Shown here: positions 1-9,170 of the stretch, piece after piece
How the letters are laid out: the number at the start of each line of letters is the position of its first letter
How positions within the stretch are numbered: the first letter of the stretch is position 1
Assembly: GCA_030390025.1 (NCBI GenBank)
Contig: JASTWF010000035.1
Coordinates: forward strand, 3,410,001 to 3,474,000
Source: Squalus acanthias
Lineage: Eukaryota
Length of the DNA stretch: 64,000 nucleotides
Direction of reading: 5' to 3'
Position numbers and translations under genes: made by a program
The notes under the pieces: model-generated
The model's database searches: none
What the model saw: the letters and a program-made list of their open reading frames with translations, nothing else
Told to the model about the DNA's origin: nothing

Positions 1-430
1 CTACTCTCTGCTTTCTGTCCGCCAACCAGTTCTCTATCCAAGTCAATACCTTGCCACCCATCCCATGTGCCTTAACTTTACACACTAATCTCTTATGCGG
101 GACCTTATCAAAAGCCTTTTGAAAGTCCAAATACACCACATCTACTGGTTCTCCCTTATCTATTTTCCCAGTTACATCCTCAAAAAATTCCAGTAGATTA
201 GTCAAGCACGATTTACCTTTTGTAAATCCATGTTGACTTTGTCCGATCCTGTCACTGTTTTTCAAGTGCTCAGCTATTACATCTTTTATAATGGACTCTA
301 GCATTTTCTCCACTACCGATGTCAGGCTTACCAGTCTGTAATTCCCTGCTTTCTCTCTGCCACCCTTTTTGAATAGTGGGGTAACAGTAGCTACCCTCCA
401 ATCCATGGGTACAGTTCCAGATTCCATCGA
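1..430 (-). mobile_element. CR1 LINE ORF2 (RT region) fragment, runs off the window start
   Basis: Reverse complement aligns with 2334-2763 of the adjacent CR1, with scattered substitutions. Confidence 0.95.
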
Positions 431-3400
431 TATAGGTAAAAAACGGGATGAGGTCCTAAAAGCATAATAGAGGGAGTTAGGAGGTAAATTAAAAGAGGAC
501 CTCAAAGGTAGTAATCTCAGGATTGCTACCAGTGCCACGTGCTAGTCAGAGTAGAAATAGGAGGATATTTCAAATGAATACGTGGCTAGAAGAATGGTGC
601 AAGGGGGAGGGATTCAAATTCCTTGGACATTGGAACCGGTTCTGGGGGAGGTGGGACCAGTACAAACAGGACGGTCTGCACCTGGGCAGGGCTGGGACCG
701 ATGTCCTAGGGGGAGTGTTTGCTAGTGCTGTTGGGGAGGGTTTAAACTAAAGTGGCAGGGGGCTGGGAACCTGAGCAGGGAGACAGAGGAAAGGGAAATA
801 AGGATAAAAGCTAAAGACAGGAAGGAGAAAAACAAAAGTAGAAGGCAAAGAACTCAACGGTTTAAATCAAACATGGTCACAGTAAATAATAATTCATATA
901 GGTCTGAGAGCGTTAAAAAAACAAGCCTGAAGGCTTTGTGTCTTAATGCAAGGAGCATTCGGAACAAGGTGGATGAATTAGCTGCGCAAATAGAGGTAAA
1001 TGAATACGATTTGATTGGGATTACAGAAACATGGCTCCAGGGTGGCCAAGGCTGGGAACTCAACATCCAGGGTTATTCAATATTTAGGAAAGATAGGCAA
1101 AAAAGAAAGGGAGGTGGGGTAGCATTGCTGGTTAAAGAGGGGATTAACACAATTGAGAGGAAGGATATTAGCTCTGATGATGTGGAATCTGTATGGGTAG
1201 AACTGAGAAATAACAAGGGGCAGAAAACGTTAGTGGGAGTGGTATATAGACCTCCAAACAGTAATACGGAGGTTGGGGACGGCATTAAAAGGGAAATTAG
1301 AGAAGCATGCAGTAAGGGCACAGCAGTCATCATGGGTGACTTTAATTTACATATAGATTGGGCTAACCAAATTAGTAAAAATACTGTGGAGGAGGAATTC
1401 CTAGAATGTTTACGAGATGGTTTTCTGGAACAATATGTCGAGGAACCAACCAGAGATCAGGCCATCTTAGACTGGGTATTATGCAACGAGAAAGGATTAA
1501 TTAGCAATCTTGTTGTACGAGGCCCCTTGGGTCAGAGTGATCATAATATGATAGAATTCTTCATTAGGATGGAGAGTGAAGTAGTTGAATCAGAGACTAG
1601 GGTCCTGAATTTAAATAAAGGAAACTACGATGGTATGAGGCGCGAATTGGGTAGGATTGATTGGGGAATGTCACTCAAGGGGTTGACGGTGGATAGGCAA
1701 TGGCAAACATTCAAAGACTGCATGGATGAACTACAGAATTTGTACATCCCAGTGTGGCATAAGAATAAAACAAAAAGGGTGACTCAACCGTGGCTAACAA
1801 GGGAAATTAGGGATAGCATAAGATCCAAGGAGAGGGCATATAAATTGGCCAGAAAAAGCGGTAGCCCTGAGGATTGGGAGCAGTTTAGGATTCAACAAAG
1901 GAGGACAAAGGGATTAATTAAGAAGGGGGAAATAGAATATGAAAGTAAGCTTTCAGGGAACATAAAAACTGACTGTAAGAGCTTTTATAGATATGTGAAG
2001 AGAAAAAGATTAGTGAAATCAAGTGTAGGTCCCTTGCAGTCAGAAGCGGGGGAAGTTATAATGGGGAACAAAGAAATGGCAGCCCAATTAAATGCATATT
2101 TTGGTTCTGTCTTCACAAAGGAGGACACAAATAACCTCCCAGAGATGTTGGAGAACATACAGTCTGATGAAAGGGAGGAACTGAAAGAAATCAGTATTTG
2201 CAGGGAAATGGTGTTAGGGAAATTGACGGTATTGAAGGCCGATAAATCCCCAGGGCCTGATAATCTACATCCGAGGGTACTTAAGGAAGTGGCCCTAGAA
2301 ATAGTAGATGCATTGCTGATCATCTTCCAACATTCGATGGAATCTGGAACTGTACCCATGGATTGGAGGGTAGCTAATGTTACCCCACTATTCAAAAAGG
2401 GTGGTAGAGAGAAAGCGGGGAATTACAGACCAGTAAGCCTGACATCGGTAGTGGGGAAAATGCTAGAGTCCATTATAAAGGATGTAATAGCTGAGCATTT
2501 GAAAAACAGTGACAGGATCGGACAAAGTCAACATGGATTTATAAAAGGTAAATCGTGCTTGACTAATCTACTGGAATTTTTTGAGGATGTAACTGGGAAA
2601 ATAGATAAGGGAGAACCAGTAGATGTGGTGTATTTGGACTTTCAAAAGGCTTTCGATAAGGTCCCGCATAAGAGATTAGCGGGTAAAGTTAAGGCACATG
2701 GGATTGGGGGCAAGGTATTGACTTGGATAGAGAACTGGTTGGCGGACAGAAAGCAGAGAGTAGGAATTAATGGGTCTTTTTCCGAGTGGCAAGCAGTGAC
2801 TAGTGGGGTACCGCAGGGATCGGTCCTTGGACCCCAGCTATTCACAATATACATTAATGATCTAGATAAGGGAATTAAATGTAATATCTCCAAGTTTGCA
2901 GATGACACAAAGCTGGGTGGGAGTGTGTGCAGCGAGGAGGATAGTGAGAAACTCCAGGATGATCTGGACAGGTTGGGTGACTGGGCAGAAGCGTGGCAGA
3001 TGCAATATAACGTGGATAAGTGCGAGGTTATCCACTTTGGTGTCAAAAACAGAAAGGCAGACTATTATCTGAATGGCAATAGATTGGGAGAAGGGGAAGT
3101 GCAACGAGACCTGGGTGTCCTTGTGCACCAGTCGCTGAAAGTAAGCATGCAGGTGCAGCAGGCGGTGAAGAAGGCAAATGGTATGTTGTCCTTCATAGCG
3201 AAAGGGTTTGAGTATAGGAACAGGGATGTCCTGCTGCAGTTGTACAGGGCCTTGGTGAGACCACACCTTGAGTACTGTGTGCAGTTTTGGTCGCCTTATC
3301 TGAGGAAGGATGTTCTTGCCATGGAAGGAGTTCAGCGAAGATTCACAAGGCTGATCCCTGGGATGGCAGGAATGACATATGAGGAGAGATTGGGTCGATT

Positions 3401-3824
3401 GGGCTTATACTCGCTGGAGTTTAGAAGAATGAGAGGGGATCTCATTGAAACATATAAAATTCTGACAGGTCTGGACAAACTAGATGCAGGAAGAATGTTC
3501 CCGATGGTCGGAGAGTCCAGAACCAGGGGTCATAATCTAAGGATAAGGGGTAAGCCATTTAGGATAGAGATGAGGAAGAATTTCTTCACCCAGAGAGTGG
3601 TGAACCTGTGGAATTCTCTACCGCAGAAGGTAGTTGAGGCCAAGTCATTAAATATATTTAAGAAATATATCTAACTCATTCTTGAAGCTAAAGGTATCAA
3701 GGGATATGGGGAGAAGGCAGGTACAGGGTACTGAGTTTAGATGATCAGCCATGATCTCATCGAATGGCGGAGCAGGCTCGAGGGGCCGACTGGCCTACTC
3801 CTGCTCCTATCTTCTATGTTTCTA
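428..3824 (+). mobile_element. 5'-truncated CR1 LINE (3' part of ORF1 esterase domain, ORF2, 3'UTR)
   Basis: ORF1 C-terminus (..DGLHLGRAG..EGLN*, 523-750), ORF2 with APE and RT domains, 3'UTR hairpin region, TTCTATGT-type tail. Confidence 0.97.
873..3674 (+). CDS. CR1 ORF2 (APE endonuclease + reverse transcriptase), C-terminus shortened by about 20 aa
   Basis: Motifs LNARS, ITETW, MGDFN, SDH (APE); [39 protein letters not shown] (RT). Ends early at KKYI* compared with the 978-aa copy. Confidence 0.9.
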   Translation: MVTVNNNSYRSESVKKTSLKALCLNARSIRNKVDELAAQIEVNEYDLIGITETWLQGGQGWELNIQGYSIFRKDRQKRKGGGVALLVKEGINTIERKDISSDDVESVWVELRNNKGQKTLVGVVYRPPNSNTEVGDGIKREIREACSKGTAVIMGDFNLHIDWANQISKNTVEEEFLECLRDGFLEQYVEEPTRDQAILDWVLCNEKGLISNLVVRGPLGQSDHNMIEFFIRMESEVVESETRVLNLNKGNYDGMRRELGRIDWGMSLKGLTVDRQWQTFKDCMDELQNLYIPVWHKNKTKRVTQPWLTREIRDSIRSKERAYKLARKSGSPEDWEQFRIQQRRTKGLIKKGEIEYESKLSGNIKTDCKSFYRYVKRKRLVKSSVGPLQSEAGEVIMGNKEMAAQLNAYFGSVFTKEDTNNLPEMLENIQSDEREELKEISICREMVLGKLTVLKADKSPGPDNLHPRVLKEVALEIVDALLIIFQHSMESGTVPMDWRVANVTPLFKKGGREKAGNYRPVSLTSVVGKMLESIIKDVIAEHLKNSDRIGQSQHGFIKGKSCLTNLLEFFEDVTGKIDKGEPVDVVYLDFQKAFDKVPHKRLAGKVKAHGIGGKVLTWIENWLADRKQRVGINGSFSEWQAVTSGVPQGSVLGPQLFTIYINDLDKGIKCNISKFADDTKLGGSVCSEEDSEKLQDDLDRLGDWAEAWQMQYNVDKCEVIHFGVKNRKADYYLNGNRLGEGEVQRDLGVLVHQSLKVSMQVQQAVKKANGMLSFIAKGFEYRNRDVLLQLYRALVRPHLEYCVQFWSPYLRKDVLAMEGVQRRFTRLIPGMAGMTYEERLGRLGLYSLEFRRMRGDLIETYKILTGLDKLDAGRMFPMVGESRTRGHNLRIRGKPFRIEMRKNFFTQRVVNLWNSLPQKVVEAKSLNIFKKYI

Positions 3825-4134
3825 AATTCTTTCCATCAGAGACAAATGAAAGCAAATGTTGCTGACATAGGGATGGGACTCATTTCAATCTTTGTCATAT
3901 CCTGATCGTCATCCTTATGGGCATGCGATGTAATTATTGATCATGTTGTACATCATGTGAAATTAGAAAAGACCATTCAGTCCATCTACTTCATCCCAAA
4001 TAAACCTATGGCCACCTAAGCAGTTTTGAAGAAGACCATCCTGGAGACCATTCCCAGCTGTGTATCACACCCCATTACTGAATTTGCCAGTTTGAACCTG
4101 TACAATCCTGACTTAGCTTGAAATAGTGCTCAGT

Positions 4135-4405
4135 TAATGGTGACCATGAAACTACCGGATTTTCGTTAAAATCCATCTGGTTCACTAATGTCCTTTTTAG
4201 GGAAGGAAATCTGCCGTCCTTACCTGGTCTGACCTATGTGACACTAGATCCACAGCAATGTGGTTGACTCTTAACTGCCCTCTGAAATGGCCGAGCAAGT
4301 CACTCAGTTGTATAAGGTGGATCACCACCACTTCAAGGGCAATTAGGGATGGGCAACAAATGCTGGCCTTGCCAGCGATGCCCACATCCCATGAATGAAT
4401 ACATT
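4135..4405 (+). mobile_element. SINE body and tail (MetaSINE/SlmI-like central domain), 5' head not recognisable
   Basis: Central block CTGGTTCACTAATGTCCTTTTTAGGGAAGGAAATCTGCC...; the 3' tail AAGGGCAATTAGGGATGGGCAA...CCCACATCCC is shared with the LINE end at about 57935-58030. Family name from recall. Confidence 0.75.
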
Positions 4406-4635
4406 TAAAAAAATGAATCTTTTCTATTCCATTTAGTATTACTGCTAGAAATTTCTCACATTTACTCCTGACACTAGGCATCAGACTCTCTGGATCAGGG
4501 CAACAACATCCTTTGTTGCTCAGAAGTTGGTGTTGGAGAAGCTCAGTACCTTCCTGTCAGAGGGCAGTGAGTATCACCCACTTCGTGAGGGACCCAAGGA
4601 ACGTGGACCTGGAGCCGGGCAGGGTGACAGTTGGT

Positions 4636-7600
4636 GATGTCTCGGAGCGGCTGCAGAACATTCTGAAGAGGGAGGGTGAACAGCCAGCTGTCGTGGTGCA
4701 TGTAGGTACCAACGATATAGGTAAAAAGCGGGAAGAGGTCCTACAAGCAGAATTTAGGGAGCTAGGAGCTAAATTAAAAAGTAGGACCTCTAAGGTAGTA
4801 ATCTCTGGATTGCTACCAGGGCCACGAGCTAATCAGAATAGAGAGAACAGGATAGTGAGATTGAATACGTGGCTTGAGCAGTGGTGCAGGAGGGAGGGAT
4901 TCAAATTCCTGAGGCATTGGAACCAGTTCTGGGGGAAGTGGGACCTGTACAAAAGGGACGGTCTGCACTTGGGCAGGACTGGAACCGATGTCCTCGGGGT
5001 AATATTTGCTAAAGCAGTTCGGGAGGATTTAAACTAATATGGCAGGGGAAGGGGAACCTATGTAGCGAAAGAGGGGGAAGTAATATGCAGTCAGAAACAA
5101 ATGTTAGAAGGGTGAGAAACAATAGGGGAAGGCCGAGTAAACAAAGGCAAGAAACACAAAGGGCCATACTAAATCATAAGTCTAAAAGGACAAAGGATGT
5201 TAATAAAATAAGCCTAAAGGCTCTGTGTCTTAATGCAAGGAGTATCCGTAATAAGGTGGATGAATTGACTGTGCAAATAGATGTTAATGGATACGATGTG
5301 ATTGAGATTACAGAGACGTGGCTCCAGAACAATCAAGGCTGGGAACTGAACATCCAGGGGTATTCAACATTCAGAAAGGATAGAATAAAAGGAAAAGGGG
5401 GTGGGGTAGCATTGCTGGTTAAAGAGGAGATTAATGCAATAGCTAGGAAGGACATCAGCTTGGAGGATGTGGAATCAATATGGGTTGAGCTGCAGAACAC
5501 CAAAGGGCAGAAAACGTTAGTGGGAGTTGTGTACAGACCTCCAAACAGCAGTGGTGAGGTGGGGGAGGGTATGAAACAGGAAATCAGAGGTGCGTGCAAA
5601 AAAGGCACGGCAGTTATCATGGGTGACTTTAATATGCATATAGATTGGGCTACTCAAACTGGAAGCAATACGGTGGAGGAGGATTTCCTGGAGTGTTTAA
5701 GGGATGGTTTCCTAAACCAATATGTTGAGGAACCAACTCGAGGGGAGGCCATCCTGGACTGGGTGTTGTGTAATGAGGAAGGACTAATCAGCAATCTTGT
5801 GGTACGAGGCCCCCTGGGGAAGAGTGACCATAGTATGGTGGAGTTCTACATTAGGATGGAGAAGGAAACAGTTAAGTCAGAGACCATGGTCCAGAACTTA
5901 AATAAGGGCAACTTTGATGGTATGAGGCGTGAATTGGCGAGGTTAAATTGGCAAGCGATATTTAAGGGGCTATCAGTGGAAGGGCAATGGCAGACATTTA
6001 GAGATCGCATGGATGAACTACAACAATTGTACATCCCGGTCTGGCGTAAAAATAAAAAAGGGAAGGTGGCTCAACCATGGCTAACAAGGGAAATCAGGGA
6101 TAGTATTAAAAGCAAGGAAGTTGCATACAAATTGGCCAGAAGTAGCAGCAAACCCGGGGACTGGGAGAACTTCAAAACTCAGCAAAGGAGGACGAAGGGT
6201 TTGATTAGGGCAGGGAAAATAAAATATGAAAGGAAGCTTGCAGAGAACATTAAAATGGACTGCAAAAGCTTCTATAAATATGTAAAAAGAAAGAGGTTAG
6301 TAAAAACAAACGTAGGTCCCCTGCAGTCGGAAACAGGGGAAGTCGTAATGGGGAACAAGGAAATGGCAGATCAATTGAACAAGTACTTTGGTTCGGTGTT
6401 TACTGTGGAGGACACACACAACCTGCCGGAAATAAAAGGGGTCAGAGGATCTGGTAAGAGGGAGGAGCTGAGGGAAATCCTTATTAGTCGGGAAAAGGTA
6501 TTGAGGAAATTGATGGGACTGAAGGCTGAAAAATCCCCGGGGCCTGATGGTCTGCATGCCAGAGTACTTAAGGAGGTGGCCTTGGAAATAGTGGATGCAT
6601 TGACGATCATTTTCCAACATTCCTTAGATTCTGGATCAGTTCCGATGGAGTGGAGGGTGGCCAATGTAACCCCTCTTTTTAAAAAAGGAGGGAGGGAGAA
6701 AGCAGGGAATTATAGACCGGTCAGCCTGACATCGGTCGTGGGTAAAATGATGGAAGCAATTATTAAAGATGTCATAACAGACCATTTGGAAAGTGGCGAC
6801 ATGATAGGTCCAAGTCAGCATGGATTTGTGAAAGGGAAATCATGCTTGACAAATCTTCTGGAATTTTTTGAGGATGTTTCCAATAGGGTGGACAGGGGGG
6901 AACCAGTAGATGTGGTGTATTTGGACTTTCAGAAGGCCTTCGACAAGGTCCCACACAAGAGATTGGTGAGCAAAGTTAAAGCACATGGGATTGGGGGTAA
7001 TGTGTTGACGTGGATTGAGAACTGGTTGGCACACAGGAAACAAAGAGTAGGAGTAAATGGGTACTTTTCAGAATGGCAGGCAGTGACCAGCGGGGTACCG
7101 CAGGGTTCGGTGCTGGGACCCCAGCTGTTTACATTATATATTAATGATTTGGACGAAGGGATTAAATGTAATATCTCCAAATTTGCGGATGACACTAAAT
7201 TGGGAGGCAGTGTGAACAATGAGGAGGATGCTAGGAGGCTACAGAGTGACTTGGACAGGTTGGGTGAATGGGCAAATGTATGGCAGATGAAGTACAATGT
7301 GGATAAATGTGAGGTTATCCACTTTGGTGGTAAAAATAGAGAGGCGGACTATTACCTGAATGGTGGCAGATTAGGGAAAGGGGAGGTGCAACGAGACCTG
7401 GGCGTCATGGTACATCAGTCACTGAAGGTGGGAATGCAAGTGCAGCAGGCAGTCAAGAAAGCAAACGGAATGATGGCCTTCATAGTAAGGGGATTTGAGT
7501 ACAGGAGTAGGGAGGTGATGCTGCAGTTGTACAGGGCCTTGGTGAGGCCACACCTGGAGTATTGTGCGCAGTTTTGGTCTCCTAACTTAAGGAAGGACAT

Positions 7601-8121
7601 TCTTGCTATTGAGGGAGTGCAGCGAAGGTTCACTAGATTGATTCCTGGGATGGCCGGACTGACATATCAAGAAAGATTGGGTCAACTGAACTTGTATCCT
7701 CTGGAGTTCAGAAGAATGAGGGGGGATCTTATAGAGACATTTAAAATCCTGACTGGTTTAGACAAATTAGATGCGGGCAGAATGTTCCCAATGTTAGGGA
7801 AAACTAGAACCAGGGGTCACAGTCTAAGGATTAAGGGGAAGCCATTTAAGACTGAGCTGAGGAGGAACTTCTTCACCCAGAGAGTGGTGAATCTATGGAA
7901 TTCTCTTCCACAGAAGGTTGTTGAGGCCAGTTCGCTAAATATATTCAAAAGGGAGTTAGATATAACACTCACAACTAGGGGGATCAAGGGGTATGGCGAG
8001 AAAGCAGGAATGGGGTACTGAGGTAGCATGTTCAGCCATGAACGCATTGAATGGCGGTGCAGGCTCGAAGGACCGAATGGTCTACTCCTGTACCTATTTT
8101 CTATGTTTCTATGTTTCTATG
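4636..8121 (+). mobile_element. Young 5'-truncated CR1 LINE with uninterrupted ORF2
   Basis: Starts inside the ORF1 SGNH esterase domain (VVHVGTND, DGLHL), then ORF2, 3'UTR and a (TTCTATGT)n tail at about 8098-8121. Confidence 0.97.
5085..8021 (+). CDS. CR1 ORF2, full length (978 aa), APE endonuclease + reverse transcriptase
   Basis: All APE and RT motifs in one frame without stops; full C-terminus (..WNSLP..FKRELD..GY*). Confidence 0.95.
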   Translation: MQSETNVRRVRNNRGRPSKQRQETQRAILNHKSKRTKDVNKISLKALCLNARSIRNKVDELTVQIDVNGYDVIEITETWLQNNQGWELNIQGYSTFRKDRIKGKGGGVALLVKEEINAIARKDISLEDVESIWVELQNTKGQKTLVGVVYRPPNSSGEVGEGMKQEIRGACKKGTAVIMGDFNMHIDWATQTGSNTVEEDFLECLRDGFLNQYVEEPTRGEAILDWVLCNEEGLISNLVVRGPLGKSDHSMVEFYIRMEKETVKSETMVQNLNKGNFDGMRRELARLNWQAIFKGLSVEGQWQTFRDRMDELQQLYIPVWRKNKKGKVAQPWLTREIRDSIKSKEVAYKLARSSSKPGDWENFKTQQRRTKGLIRAGKIKYERKLAENIKMDCKSFYKYVKRKRLVKTNVGPLQSETGEVVMGNKEMADQLNKYFGSVFTVEDTHNLPEIKGVRGSGKREELREILISREKVLRKLMGLKAEKSPGPDGLHARVLKEVALEIVDALTIIFQHSLDSGSVPMEWRVANVTPLFKKGGREKAGNYRPVSLTSVVGKMMEAIIKDVITDHLESGDMIGPSQHGFVKGKSCLTNLLEFFEDVSNRVDRGEPVDVVYLDFQKAFDKVPHKRLVSKVKAHGIGGNVLTWIENWLAHRKQRVGVNGYFSEWQAVTSGVPQGSVLGPQLFTLYINDLDEGIKCNISKFADDTKLGGSVNNEEDARRLQSDLDRLGEWANVWQMKYNVDKCEVIHFGGKNREADYYLNGGRLGKGEVQRDLGVMVHQSLKVGMQVQQAVKKANGMMAFIVRGFEYRSREVMLQLYRALVRPHLEYCAQFWSPNLRKDILAIEGVQRRFTRLIPGMAGLTYQERLGQLNLYPLEFRRMRGDLIETFKILTGLDKLDAGRMFPMLGKTRTRGHSLRIKGKPFKTELRRNFFTQRVVNLWNSLPQKVVEASSLNIFKRELDITLTTRGIKGYGEKAGMGY

Positions 8122-8530
8122 CAGCTCACAAATGACCAGATTTACTGAATCAGTTTCACAGCTTGTAATGGTGGGAAGAGAATGCATGTACCCGGGTCCA
8201 CCATATACACAACAACACTGTGCTAACTCTCTGCACCACTTACAGGCACCTCTTGAATGTTTCCCGTGATTGGTGACCAGAATTGAACACGTTGCTCAGA
8301 GTGCAGCCTAACCACAGCAAGACGGCCTCAGATTTGCCCCATGCTTATTTGTGATCTCTACTTCCTCTGTTTAAGACAATTCCTTATCCAGCTCCAAGTT
8401 GGACCTCGGATACCGACTGTCCTAAGCTTGACTACGGTATGTAGATCTTTATTGAAGCTTTATAAGTCTAGGTATGCTACACCATAGAGTTTTCCAACAA
8501 ACATTGTCATTCCCCACCAAATTTCATATG

Positions 8531-8897
8531 AGGGTCTCCGAGACCCCCCAGACGGAGGGGACCCCCCAGGGGTCTCCGAGACCCCCCAGACGGAGGGGAC
8601 CCCCCAGGGGTCTCCGAGACCTCCAGACGGAGGGGACCCCCCAGGGGTCTCCGAGACCTCCAGACGGAGGGGACCCCCCAGGGGTCTCCGAGACCCCCCA
8701 GACGGAGGGGCCCCCCAGGGGTCTCCGAGACCCCCAGACGGAGGGGACCCCCCAGGGGTCTGAGACCCCCAGACGGAGGGGCCCCCCAGGGGTCTCCGAG
8801 ACCCCCAGACGGAGGGGCCCCCCAGGGGTCTCCGAGACCCCCAGACGGAGGGGACCCCCCAGGGGTCTGAGACCCCCAGACACCGGGGACCCCCAGA
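8531..8897. repeat. GC-rich minisatellite, unit about 36-38 bp, about 10 copies, with internal palindrome
   Basis: Unit GGGGTCTCCGAGACCCCCAGACGGAGGGGACCCCCCA repeated in tandem with homopolymer-length variation. Confidence 0.95.
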
Positions 8898-8899
8898 GT

Positions 8900-9170
8900 T
8901 CCGCCAGAGCCGGTTTTCTGCCGCTGTCCCAGGCAGCTCCGGATTAACCAACGCCGCAGAGCAGATTCCGGCTGGTCCTGAAACCGGCCCCGGTTCCCCC
9001 GCCCCGCCTCCCCTCCCCACTCACCCGGGCTCGGTTCCCACTCATCTCCTGACGCCCAGGCCCCGCCGGGGCTCCTCACCGGCCACAGGAGAAAAGACCG
9101 AGCGGCGCCCGGCCCCGAGCGGCTGATCCGGGAGGCGGACTCGCTCCGCATGACATCATCCAGCGCAACA
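8900..9170 (-). promoter_or_regulatory. CpG island, candidate promoter and first exon on the minus strand
   Basis: Non-repetitive, CpG-dense; GC boxes (CCCCGCCCC); CRE-like TGACATCA at 9151-9158; minus-strand donors CCG|GTGAGG (exon end 9080) and CGG|GTGAGT (exon end 9025). Confidence 0.55.

Noticed and set aside
1073..3266. Recurrent antisense ORFs in CR1 copies (for example ..[11 protein letters not shown]..)
   Set aside because: Shadows of the conserved ORF2 codons; variable ends among copies.
4430..4555. Minus-strand frame EGTELLQHQL.. as RTKN exon 2
   Set aside because: Only superficial likeness to EDTELQRKL; lacks the conserved DHEIRMREG..KLL sequence.
4513..5037. Host-ORF1 fusion protein
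   Set aside because: Starts at TTG; chance read-through from flank into a 5'-truncated CR1.
873..8021. Prokaryotic-type RT system (retron, DGR, RT next to repeat array)
   Set aside because: The RTs are APE-RT ORF2 proteins of CR1 LINEs with typical tails; proximity to tandem arrays is expected in such repeat-dense DNA.
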